64,000 nt of DNA from Candidatus Bathyarchaeota archaeon (GCA_963715865.1 OY970280.1:1760001-1824000), one strand, 5' to 3'; shown: positions 36,442 through 46,324, counted from the stretch's first letter. A program made the numbers and translations. The notes: a model not told the origin generated them from the sequence alone.

Positions 36442-38363
36442 GAGAACATTTCAAAGGCGTAATTCTAGTAATTTTACTTGGGCTATTCGCTTTAGCAGGC
36501 GCCCTAATATCTGGAACTCAAGTAGCTTACGCGCATGAAATTAGCATTATTTTAACTTTAATCGCCGTTGCCTTGGGCTACCGCATCTATTTGCATGGCA
36601 TTCGATCTCTGCTTCACGGGAACGTTACCGCCCAATTGTTCGCAACCATTGCCATCTTCATTTCAGTAATAGCTGGTCTCGTCTCACCTTCAGCATCAGC
36701 TACTGGCACAGCAGAAGCAGTTGGTTACCTCACAGCATCAGCTATAGTGGCTTTCATTATACTCGCAGGTATGACGCTTGAAGAATACATTATCCATAGA
36801 ACAAGAGGCGCCCTCGAGAAGCTCATAAACATGAGCCCCAACACCGCTCGCATACGTCGAGACAGTGCAGAAGTTGAAGTACCCATAGACGAGGTTAAAG
36901 TAGGCGAAATCGTCTTAGTCAAACCAGGCGACAAAATACCAGTTGACGGAACAGTAATTTCTGGACACAGCACCATCAACCAAGCAACGATAACGGGTGA
37001 ATCAATTCCTGTAGAAAAGACAGTAGGCGACCGCACATTTGCTGGCACACTCAATGAGCATGGGGCTTTAGAAATTAAAGTCGAAAAAATCGCTGAGGAC
37101 ACTACACTTGCCCACCTCATTCAATTAGTCGAAGAAGCTCAAGAGAAAAAAGCACCCATACAGAACGTTGCTGACAGATTTACCACTTACTTCTTGCCAA
37201 TCATGGCAGTTTTGTCATCTTCTGTCTTTGCAGCCAGTTATTTCACACTTGGTTTTGAAGTTGCACTCGCTAGAACCGTAACTGTTCTCTTAGTCGCATG
37301 TCCTTGCGCGCTATCAATAGCTGTTCCCGTCGCTGTAGCCGCAACCATTGGTAATGCCAGCATGAACGCCATAATAATCAAAGGCGGCACACACATCGAA
37401 AAGCTAAAAGACGTTACGCTGGTCGCATTTGACAAAACTGGCACGTTAACCATCGGCGAACCCGGGGTTGTCGAGATCAAAACTTTCGGTAATTACTCTG
37501 AAGCAGATACAATTAAGTATGCAGCAATTGCTGAGAAATTTTCAGAACACCCCTTATCCAAAGCCATCATCACTAAGGCAACTGAGATGAGCTTGAAAAT
37601 TCCTGACCCCACAGATTTCAAAACTATTCCTGGGCAAGGCGTGGATGCCCATTACGGAAATAAACATATCCTAATTGGAAGAAAGATGATGGAAACGGAG
37701 TTTTCAGAAGAAGAGAATCAATTGATGAGCATGGTCGAAAGCGAGGGAAAAACAGCTATCCCCGTAGCACTAGACGGAAATGTTATCGGCGTAGTCATTG
37801 TGGCTGACACAGTCAGGGAGAATTCTTTGGAAGCCATACAGAGGCTCAAGCGTTTAGGTGTCAAAACTGCTATGTTGACTGGCGATAATGCGCGGACTGC
37901 TAAATCTATCGCTGAGCAGATTGGTGTTGATGAGTACCATGCTGAGCTTTTGCCTGAACAGAAAGTTGCGGTTATTGGAGAACTGAAAAAAGGCAATGTT
38001 GTTGCGATGGTTGGTGACGGTGTGAATGATGCTCCTGCGTTAGCTAATTCGGATGTTGGGTTTGCGATGGGCGCGGCAGGCAGCGATGTAGCCATTGAGA
38101 CTGCTGACGTGGCTCTGCTTGGCGACGACTTAACAAAGGTTGAATACGCGATCAGCCTAAGTCGGAAGGCATTTAACAGAATGAAGGGGAACATAGTTTA
38201 CGCCTTTATCTGGAACATTGTCGCATTGAGCTTAGCCGCCTTCGGTATCTTGAATCCAGTCTTAGCTGTTGTTCTTGCAGAAGCCGGATGCATTTCAGTT
38301 GTAATCAATTCTGCTTTACTGTTGCTGAGTAAGCCAAAGCCGCTAGCCAAGATTAAGGGCTAA
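36438..38363 (+). CDS. Heavy-metal P1B-type ATPase without a fused N-terminal metal-binding domain
   Basis: TGES, CPC, DKTGT, SEHPL, MLTGD and GDGVNDAPAL. Confidence 0.95.
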   Translation: MREHFKGVILVILLGLFALAGALISGTQVAYAHEISIILTLIAVALGYRIYLHGIRSLLHGNVTAQLFATIAIFISVIAGLVSPSASATGTAEAVGYLTASAIVAFIILAGMTLEEYIIHRTRGALEKLINMSPNTARIRRDSAEVEVPIDEVKVGEIVLVKPGDKIPVDGTVISGHSTINQATITGESIPVEKTVGDRTFAGTLNEHGALEIKVEKIAEDTTLAHLIQLVEEAQEKKAPIQNVADRFTTYFLPIMAVLSSSVFAASYFTLGFEVALARTVTVLLVACPCALSIAVPVAVAATIGNASMNAIIIKGGTHIEKLKDVTLVAFDKTGTLTIGEPGVVEIKTFGNYSEADTIKYAAIAEKFSEHPLSKAIITKATEMSLKIPDPTDFKTIPGQGVDAHYGNKHILIGRKMMETEFSEEENQLMSMVESEGKTAIPVALDGNVIGVVIVADTVRENSLEAIQRLKRLGVKTAMLTGDNARTAKSIAEQIGVDEYHAELLPEQKVAVIGELKKGNVVAMVGDGVNDAPALANSDVGFAMGAAGSDVAIETADVALLGDDLTKVEYAISLSRKAFNRMKGNIVYAFIWNIVALSLAAFGILNPVLAVVLAEAGCISVVINSALLLLSKPKPLAKIKG

Positions 38364-38509
38364 TCATTATCGTAAAAAGTATGAGGATCTCGGAAAAACA
38401 AAAACCAATTAAAAAGAACATTTTACTTTCACTTAACCCTCCACTGCTTAGCGTAGCAGTTTCTCAGGTCATCTTTTAACCACTACCGAACGATAACCAT
38501 GACTCACGG

Positions 38510-38749
38510 ATGACTCATATGAAAAAGAAAACAGCACTCTTAGCAACCGAGGAAGACCTCTTGGTTGATTTGACGTTTCATGGTATTCCAGCCTCACTCA
38601 TTACAGAGTTTGCTCAAAAAATTGTGAAACCCTACTACAGTGGCAACTTGAACACTGCAGTCCAAGACCTAATCAACAAAGCCCTATCAGAACAAGAATT
38701 CATCCACTCGCACATAACGCACATTAGAAGCTCCTTTAAGCAGCATTAA
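38510..38749 (+). CDS. Small hypothetical protein
   Basis: 79-aa ORF with host-like codon usage and helical character; no recognisable motif. Confidence 0.55.
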   Translation: MTHMKKKTALLATEEDLLVDLTFHGIPASLITEFAQKIVKPYYSGNLNTAVQDLINKALSEQEFIHSHITHIRSSFKQH

Positions 38750-38893
38750 ATGACGGAATGTACAGTTCAGACAATGGATACAAAAATTGTTCGACAAAAA
38801 AAATCAATCCATGTAGATTGTAACAGCGACAAACAAGCAATTAATGTTAACCTGATTAATCGTATATGCGTTAATGCTTAGAAATTTGCCTAA

Positions 38894-39607
38894 CTACTTT
38901 CTAATCCGCTCAATCTTCTCTACACTGCCAACTGATCCAACGTAAGCAATGTCAGTTAACCCGACAAAAAAACCTGTTTCCACAACGCCAGGAATCATCT
39001 TCAGCTTTGCATCTAACTCTCCAGGTTTAGCTATCTCACCAAAATTTGCGTCTAAAATGGCGTTTCCATTATCAGTTATTACTGGACCAAGCTTGCCTTT
39101 GCCTTCCCGCAAAACAGGCTTTCCACCAACAGCAATGATTTTTCGTTTCACAAGCGAAATAGCAAAAGGCAAAACTTCTATGGGCACTGACTGATTGTTT
39201 TCACCTAACACCTTCACCTTTTTCTGCTGGTCAGCAATTATAATGTTAAGTTTAGAGGCTGCAGCAACAATTTTTTCTCTCGCCAGCGCTGCACCCATAC
39301 CTTTGATCAGATTTAATTCAGGGGTTATTTGATCTGCCCCATCAATCGTCACATTTATTTCTGGATGCTCATCCAGCGTTGTTATCGGAATTCCACAATC
39401 AACAGCTAACAAGAAAGCTTGATAAGAAGTGGGAACACCCATGATGTGCAGTTTTTCGCGTTTCATTCTTTCTCCTAGTGCTTCTATGGCAAACGCAGCT
39501 GTGCTTCCGCTTCCTAAACCCACAATAAAGCCGTCCTCAACATGTTTAACCGCTTCTAAGGCTGCTTTTCGTTTTGCCTCTTGAATTGGCTCAAGGTTAG
39601 CTTTCAA
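38894..39607 (-). CDS. rpiA: Ribose-5-phosphate isomerase A
   Basis: GLGSGST, DGADQ, KGMGAALAREK, TDNGN and GVVETG. Confidence 0.97.
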   Translation of the reverse strand: MKANLEPIQEAKRKAALEAVKHVEDGFIVGLGSGSTAAFAIEALGERMKREKLHIMGVPTSYQAFLLAVDCGIPITTLDEHPEINVTIDGADQITPELNLIKGMGAALAREKIVAAASKLNIIIADQQKKVKVLGENNQSVPIEVLPFAISLVKRKIIAVGGKPVLREGKGKLGPVITDNGNAILDANFGEIAKPGELDAKLKMIPGVVETGFFVGLTDIAYVGSVGSVEKIERIRK

Positions 39608-40328
39608 TTTCCATTTGCCCCAGCCTATCTAAAACCTTCTCAACTTCACTTCTAATGGATTCTATTCTTTTTTCAGCTTCAGTTTTAGCGTCAGGTTTTT
39701 CTTCTGGCAGTTTCCGTTTCTTTTTCGCTTTCTCCTCGCCTGCTTCTTCCTCTTCCGCCTCTTCCTCAATTTCTTCTATCTGCGTTGCTGGCATTTGCGT
39801 GGGTAATTTTACAGGTATCTCTTTTATCGGTTTAACGTCAATTTTTGTTCTAAGCTCTTCAACCTTTGATGTTAATTCTCCGAAGCGTTCACTGAAAAGC
39901 TTCATTAAATCTTCCTGCATACCTTCAAGATCATGCAGTGCAACTATTGTTTCATCTTTCGCGATGGATTCTTTAATAGACATCATTCTTGCCTTGTAGG
40001 TTCCTGCAAGTTTTTCTCTTTCTTGCTCTGAAATTTTGCCTTCCGCTTGGGCTTCATACAAGCGGCGTAGTGCATCGCCTAAAATCTCTCTTTCTAAATC
40101 TAGGATTCGCAGTTCGTCTTTCGCGTTAAAAGCCGTTGTTGTCTGGACGCTTTTAGAAATTTTAAAGGGTAAACCAGCATACTCAAGGCTTGAATCACCT
40201 ATTTTTTGAGGCTTTTTCTGCGGAGCTTTTCTGCCCAGCCTTCGCATGGCAGAAATAATTATTCCGCAGGCGATCATTATCACTACCGCAACTGCAATGA
40301 CTGTTAAGGGGTCATCATACCAAGCCAT
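39597..40328 (-). CDS. Membrane-anchored coiled-coil protein
   Basis: N-terminal TM helix, long heptad helices, and an acidic EEEAEEEE tract followed by a basic KAKKKRK tract. Confidence 0.75.
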   Translation of the reverse strand: MAWYDDPLTVIAVAVVIMIACGIIISAMRRLGRKAPQKKPQKIGDSSLEYAGLPFKISKSVQTTTAFNAKDELRILDLEREILGDALRRLYEAQAEGKISEQEREKLAGTYKARMMSIKESIAKDETIVALHDLEGMQEDLMKLFSERFGELTSKVEELRTKIDVKPIKEIPVKLPTQMPATQIEEIEEEAEEEEAGEEKAKKKRKLPEEKPDAKTEAEKRIESIRSEVEKVLDRLGQMEIES

Positions 40329-40428
40329 GCCAAGCTGTCCTCGGTTATCTTGATTGCGTTTCGTGTATATATAAATTAATACAAGTATTCAATGCGGTTT
40401 TCCAAGTTTAAATATTGGTAATGTCTGT

Positions 40429-40977
40429 CTATGCTGTTTTTACTTTCTTAACCTGCGCCTTCTCAAGAGCTCCAACAATAGGCAACGTAACGACAACGCC
40501 GATTATTCCGCCAAGAACTGTCCAGCCGCCCCAAACAGTAAGTACAACCATGAGCGGAAGTTTGAGGATGACGATTCCGTTTACAAGAGCAGCAACATAG
40601 GCGCAAACCATCGAGGCTAAAACAGCAACTGCAATGTTAACTGGCTTCGTGTTTATTCTGTGATGATTAACTAATAGCACTAAATCAAACAGTATCGCTG
40701 CAGGTACAAACCCCAAGACTGGAAGCGGGCCACCAGCAAGCAAAGCAATCGCAGAACCTATTATACCAACAGCTGACGCAGCACCATACTGGCCAGTAGC
40801 CCAAGTAACAAGAAGAAGCATAAAAAAAATTATTACGCCATGAACTACTGGTAAACCAAACAGGCTAAAGCCAAGCGGCGCCACTGTTAGGTTCAAAGCT
40901 ACCCATAACGCGCTGAAAATGCTGATTAATGCAATGTTGACTGTGAAGCGGTTTTGGTTTGTTTGTGGTTCAATCAT
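40429..40977 (-). CDS. Integral membrane protein, ECF-transporter S-component-like
   Basis: About 180 aa with 5-6 hydrophobic helices; G..P...GFVPAAILFDL pattern. Confidence 0.55.
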   Translation of the reverse strand: MIEPQTNQNRFTVNIALISIFSALWVALNLTVAPLGFSLFGLPVVHGVIIFFMLLLVTWATGQYGAASAVGIIGSAIALLAGGPLPVLGFVPAAILFDLVLLVNHHRINTKPVNIAVAVLASMVCAYVAALVNGIVILKLPLMVVLTVWGGWTVLGGIIGVVVTLPIVGALEKAQVKKVKTA

Positions 40978-41142
40978 GCAGTAACACTTCTTTACAGTTT
41001 AGTAACACTGCAAGCATAAAAATCTTCTCATAACTTCAACTTAGCGCTATTATCAATAAATAGTTAACCGAAGAGTTATTCTGACGCAACCAATTTGCTC
41101 AGAAAATCCTGATGCAAATCAGCACAGGTGTGGCTAAGGGCT

Positions 41143-41532
41143 ATGTTTAAATTGGAAACTGTTACACCAAACCTAATTGTGAAAGCCATAACAATACTTG
41201 GCGCCATTGCGGTTACAGTATTATTCTTCTTTGCAATAGTGTTCGCTCTTGCCGCTTCAGTTCAAGCGACAGCAACGAGGCTTGTTACAAGTGGTTTGCT
41301 TTTCATTATTGGCCTTGCCGTAATCGTGGGCATCTATTATGTTACGCGCAAACCAAAAACAGTTATCCAGCGATTAGAAGTTTCAGGACAAATGAAAGCT
41401 GAAGCAATCAAGTGCCCAAACTGTTCAGCGTCAATAGATGCTAACCAAATAAAAATTGTGTCAGGCGTGCCCTATGTTAAATGCCCCTATTGCGGTACCA
41501 CGTTTGAGGTTACTGAGGAACCAAAATGGTGA
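41143..41532 (+). CDS. Two-TM membrane protein with a C-terminal zinc ribbon
   Basis: Two hydrophobic helices then CPNC...CPYC; its stop overlaps the next gene's start. Confidence 0.8.
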   Translation: MFKLETVTPNLIVKAITILGAIAVTVLFFFAIVFALAASVQATATRLVTSGLLFIIGLAVIVGIYYVTRKPKTVIQRLEVSGQMKAEAIKCPNCSASIDANQIKIVSGVPYVKCPYCGTTFEVTEEPKW

Positions 41533-43152
41533 AGCGAATTTGCGTCTTGACGGTTATTCTTGCCTTAATTATTTCACTGACAGCTATGAGCTTAGCAAAT
41601 GCGCAGGAAAGAGTCTACAGTTTTGACCACCAATGGGCACAGATATTCATAAACCAAGATGGAACAATCGACTTAACCTATAATCTGACCCTAACGCTAC
41701 ACTCTGGAACTGATATACATGCGATAGATATAGGGCAACCTAAAGGGGACTTTACTATAGGCCAAGCTGTTGACCAATATGGACACCAACTTCAAACATC
41801 AGATGATAGTAGTGGAAGCGACTACAGAGTCCGAGTAACCCTAAACCAGCCTCTAACAGCTGGAAACACCATTTGGTTCACCCTAACAACAAATGTTGCA
41901 GGCATGATAAGCAATGATACGCAGAACCCAGGCAATTTGGGCATGGAGTTTGCTCCTGAATGGATGTCAGTGCCAATCAACGATGTGCGGGTACAAATTG
42001 TTCTTCCACTCGGCGTTGCCATAAGCGACGTGAAAACTACACAAAACTTCTACAACAGCACCTCGTTAGTGGAAGGAAGATTGGCGGTTTACTGGGAAAA
42101 ACCGGTTCTACAGCCTAATGAGCAATTCTTGGTAGGTGTTTCTTTTCCAGCCAAATACTTGCCCAATTATTATCCTTCTCAAGTAGGTGGTCTCGAAGAA
42201 TTGGAAATTTCGATATTACTTTTTGGATTAGCGGCATTTGCTATTTTTGTGATCGGATTCATCGTTTTCAAGGTGCAGAAAAAGCACTTACTTAACACCG
42301 AAAATCAGCATGGAAACCTTAGGGATTAAACGCGGCTTAACAGCCGTTGAAGCATCTTACCTTCTTGATTTGAAGCCAACACAGATAGTAACTGAAATTC
42401 TCTATAGTCTTTTGCAGAAAAGGGCTGTTTGGGCTGAAGAAACCAAACCTGCGCTTAAACTTCGTGTGCTTCCACCTTATGAGAACAAAACAGGTAGCGC
42501 AGAGAATCCTCTAAGGTATTACGAGATTGATTTCCTTAACTCGCTAAAGGCTAATGGCACGCTCGATGAGGAGAAACTTGCGCACACAATCATGTTTCTG
42601 CGTGACACCGTAGAGCAGAAAATGCACGGTTACAGCCGAAAGGACACCGTTGACTACTACCGAAAAATCGTAAGCCAAGCATGGACACAAGTGGAACAAG
42701 CTGGAACTGTCGAGTTAGCATCAAACGCTTATGATGAGCAACTGCTCTGGCTTATGCTTGACCCAAATCAACGGTCACGCACAGAAACAGTCTTCAAAGA
42801 CAGGGTTTTCCAGCCAAATCCACTTTGGTTCTGGTGGTGGTATGGCTATTCACAGTATAATCCACATCCCACATACAAACCAAACGTTGAGGCACCAGCG
42901 CAATCAGGCAAACCACCAGCTATTCCAGGAGCTGAATTCGCAAACAACATAGCAACTGCGGTAGAGAACACTTCAAACAATATAGTATTAAGCTTAGAAA
43001 AATTCGCTAATGCCATCGTTCCGGCACCACCGAAAGCATCTCATGAACCAGCACATCACGGAGCTGACTGCGTCTGTGCGTGTGCGGCTTGTGCCTGTGC
43101 TTGCGCTTGTGTTTCATGCGCTTGTGCATGTGCAGGTGGAGGTGTTCGTTAG
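41526..43152 (+). pseudogene. Membrane protein (DUF2207-like extracellular domain, TM helix, cytoplasmic domain) with a C-terminal (Cys-Ala)n tail; split by a +1 frameshift near 42279-42283
   Basis: The ORFs 41526-42329 and 42310-43152 join after the TM helix as ...FKVQK-STYLTPKISMETLGIKRGLTAVEA. Span 1627 nt = 542 codons + 1 nt. The protein ends CVCACAACACACACVSCACACAGGGVR*. Confidence 0.8.
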
Positions 43153-43154
43153 AA

Positions 43155-44502
43155 ATGAGTTTTCTGAAAAATATTTTTGTTAAGCCAAGGGTTCCTCAAG
43201 GACGTTATACTTATCGTGGTAAGGACAAGTTTGCAGGCATGTCCCTTCAACTGAGAGTAGAGCAGTCTGGACAAGGCGTTATGGTGATTAACGCCAACAC
43301 GGTTCTTCATTTAAACCACACTGCAACGGCATTTGCATATTTTTTTATGCAGGGTTTGCCCCAAAAACAGGTTTTAACTAAAATTCGCCGAATGTATCAT
43401 GTCAACGTTAAAACTGCTAAAGCTGATTATGAAAAATTAACCTATACGGTTAGTACCTTGGCGCAAACGGAAAAAGTCGACCCAGTATCTTATCTTGAAA
43501 TTGAAAAGGAAGAACCATTCTCTTACCAGTATTCAGCGCCCTTACGCATGGATTTAGCTTTGACTTTCAGATGCCAAAACGACTGCGTTCACTGTTACGC
43601 TGGAGGACCGCACGAGACACCGGAACTAACAACGGCGCAGTGGAAAAGTGTCATCGATAAACTCAGTGAAATCGGCGTTTTCATCTTAACCTTCACAGGC
43701 GGCGAACCCACATTGCGCGAGGACTTGCCAGAACTGTTACTGTACGCTCAAGCCAAAGGCATGGTTACAGGGCTGATAACTAACGGGCGAAAACTGAAGG
43801 ATAAACCCTATGTTGATGTACTTGAAAAATCTGGTTTAGATTTTGTGCAAGTAACACTGGAATCTCACAAACCGGAAGTTCATGATTTAATGACTAGTGA
43901 AAAGGGCAGTTGGAGTGAAACGGTTGCTGGAATAAGAAATGCTGTGCAATCGCAAATTTACGTTTCAACCAACACTACACTAAGCAAACATAATGCTGAT
44001 GATTTTCTAACAACCATCGATTTCATTAAAGGACTTGATGTGGACGCTTTCGGTTGCAACAGCCTCATTTACTCAGGCAAAGCACCTGACGTAAGCCAAG
44101 AGTTTGCGCTGTCCTTCGAAGAGTTGAATTTGCTTTTGCCGAAAATCCGCGACAAAGCCCACATGCTTGGCTTAAAGTTCCTATGGTACACGCCGACCCA
44201 GTACTGCCATTTTGACCCTGTTACAGCTGGGTTTAGGAGTTAAAACCTGCACTGCCGCAATGATAAACGCTTGCGTGGGACCAAACGGCGACGTTTACCC
44301 ATGCCAAAGCTACTTTGAAAGCCTAGGCAACATTCTCACAGATTCTTGGGAGAAGATTTGGGGCAACCCTTTGGCAGTAAAACTGCGCAGCAGAGCATAC
44401 GTTGAGCAAAAATGCAAGGATTGCCCTCAACTCCAAGTTTGCGGCGGAGGATGCCCCTTGGAACTGCAAAACAAAGAGCACCTTTGTAGCCAAACAGGAT
44501 AA
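43155..44502 (+). pseudogene. PqqD/RRE-like domain + radical SAM + SPASM enzyme; split by a +1 frameshift at about 44221-44223
   Basis: RRE-like segment (VLHLNHTA...RMYHVNVKTAKADY), CQNDCVHC SAM motif, GGEP, then after the shift QLGLGVKTCTAA..CVGPNGDVYPC...GNI...CKDC...CGGGCP. Span 1348 nt = 449 codons + 1 nt. Confidence 0.88.
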
Positions 44503-44551
44503 TTTATCTTTAGCAAGCTACCTTTTTCTCTTTAGGCAGCACGACGCATTT

Positions 44552-45802
44552 GTGAGCTTAGAGAGGAATGTTGCTATAGAGAAAAATAGGCTTGTAGTTT
44601 TCGACGTTGAAGGAGTGCTTATTCCAAAGAATCGCTTCTTGTTTGAAGTAGGGAAAAGTTTAGGTTTCGTTAGGTTGGTTCGGCTTCTTTTTTTCGGTTT
44701 TCTCTATGAATCAGGTATTTTAAAGTTAGAATCGGCATTAAAGCATATTTTTAAAGAGTTAAAAGGAACAAAGCCTGAAACGTTAATGTTTATTTTCGGA
44801 AAAATTTCTTCAACATCTTTTCTGCAAAATATTTTTTCTCAAATTAAAATGAGGAATTGTAAGATTGCTTTGATTAGTTCAGGGTTGCCAACGGTTATTG
44901 TTAAAAAGTTAGCTGCAACAGTTGGTGCAGAATACGCTTATGGCGTTGAAGTTGAAACCAAAGATGGCAAGTTAACAGGTGAAATCTGGGGAGACGCGAT
45001 TTGTCCAGATGGTAAACTGAAAATTTTGAGCCAAATTTTAACTGCTGAAGGCTTGAATTTGAGCGATTGCATCGTTGTTGCTGATGATAGAAATAACCGT
45101 TGCGTTTTCATGCCCGGAATGCTAAAAATTGGTTTTAATCCTGATTTTATTTTGCGAGTTAAAGCTGACAAAGTAGTAACTGGCAAACTTTCAGGAATTT
45201 TGCCCATTATTGATGGGAAACCGCTTAAACGTTCTTTTCCGTCTACGAACGATTTTGTAAGAGAAGACATCCATGCTGCTGGATTTTTTATGCCAGTTAT
45301 CGCTAGTTTAATAGGTGTCCCCATAGTTGGCGCGTTAATTTTCACGATAGCATTGCTATATACTATATCTGAACTTTTGCGTTTAGAAGGAAGAGATTTA
45401 CCTCTAATTTCGGCGATTACGCGTCATGCTGCATCTCAATCAGAACTACATGGCTTCGTAGCAGCTCCGCTATACTTTGCTTTTGGCATTTTGTTAACTT
45501 TGCTTGTGTTTCCAGCTCCTGCAAGTTATGCTGCGATTGCTATGTTTTGCTTAGGCGATAGCGTCGCTTCGCTTTTCGGAGGTCTTATTTCTACATCTTT
45601 ACCGTTTAACAAGGGGAAAACTTGGGAGGGTTCACTGGCCGGGTTCTTTTTTGCGTTTTTAGCTGGCACGTTTTTTGTTTCGCCAGTGCTGGCTCTGATT
45701 GGGGCGGCGATTGCGATGACTATTGAGGTTCTTCCGTTGCCTGTGAATGATAATGTGCTAGTGCCAGTAATTACAGGAGTAGCGTTAACGCTACTGGTCT
45801 AA
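44552..45802 (+). CDS. HAD (SerB-like) phosphatase fused to a dolichol/phytol-kinase (CTP-transferase family) membrane domain
   Basis: VVFDVEGVL, LISSG, K and ADD HAD motifs, then REDIH, LGDSVASLFG, NKGKTWEGS and NDNVLVP polyprenol-kinase motifs. Start uncertain; GTG at 44552 chosen. Confidence 0.8.
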   Translation: MSLERNVAIEKNRLVVFDVEGVLIPKNRFLFEVGKSLGFVRLVRLLFFGFLYESGILKLESALKHIFKELKGTKPETLMFIFGKISSTSFLQNIFSQIKMRNCKIALISSGLPTVIVKKLAATVGAEYAYGVEVETKDGKLTGEIWGDAICPDGKLKILSQILTAEGLNLSDCIVVADDRNNRCVFMPGMLKIGFNPDFILRVKADKVVTGKLSGILPIIDGKPLKRSFPSTNDFVREDIHAAGFFMPVIASLIGVPIVGALIFTIALLYTISELLRLEGRDLPLISAITRHAASQSELHGFVAAPLYFAFGILLTLLVFPAPASYAAIAMFCLGDSVASLFGGLISTSLPFNKGKTWEGSLAGFFFAFLAGTFFVSPVLALIGAAIAMTIEVLPLPVNDNVLVPVITGVALTLLV

Positions 45803-46270
45803 CGGAATTACTGCATTCAGATAATCCTTAACAAAGTATTTCTTGCCCTTTTTGATTACCACATGTCCTTCTTGCTCTAAAAGTTGCTTTTGAGTTTCCA
45901 ATCCACCGGGGTATTTCTCGTTTAAGAATCCGCCAGTTTTTAGGGTTCGCCAATAAGGAGTAATTTCTGTTGCGCCTTGCTGTTTTTGTTCTTCTGCGGC
46001 GTAGGCGGAAATCCAAGCGAAAATGCCTGTGGTCAATGGGCAACCGATTGTTGCTTTATGTTTGGTGGCGAGGGCTGAGCGGATTTCGTTGATTGTTGTT
46101 ATTTTTCCTTTTGGCACTTTCCGCATTAACTGGTCTACTTCGATTGGCGCTGGGATTACTACTGTACCTGCGCCCCATTTTTTGCTCATTTTACCCTTGA
46201 TTTCTTCTACTTTCGGATACCCTTTGCTGTCGTTTAGTTTTTCTTGCCAAGTGGATTTCTTTGCGGGCAT
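45791..46270 (-). CDS. MGMT-family / alkyltransferase-like (ATL) protein
   Basis: VPKGKITT, then PYWRTL where the PCHR catalytic motif would be, and QKQLLEQEG. Confidence 0.8.
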   Translation of the reverse strand: MPAKKSTWQEKLNDSKGYPKVEEIKGKMSKKWGAGTVVIPAPIEVDQLMRKVPKGKITTINEIRSALATKHKATIGCPLTTGIFAWISAYAAEEQKQQGATEITPYWRTLKTGGFLNEKYPGGLETQKQLLEQEGHVVIKKGKKYFVKDYLNAVIPLDQ

Positions 46271-46324
46271 ATTCTAACCAAAAAAGTTGTATAGCTATAT
46301 GGTTTAATGAAACTTTCTAAAAAC

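Noticed and set aside
43080-43154. Cys-rich N-terminal extension of the radical SAM ORF (MCGLCLCLRLC...)
   Set aside because: It is a shifted-frame reading of the upstream gene's Cys-Ala tail; the ATG at 43155 follows the upstream stop by 2 nt.
44402-44551. N-terminal extension of the HAD-kinase ORF
   Set aside because: It overlaps the SPASM coding region and the intergenic gap, with no domain signal.
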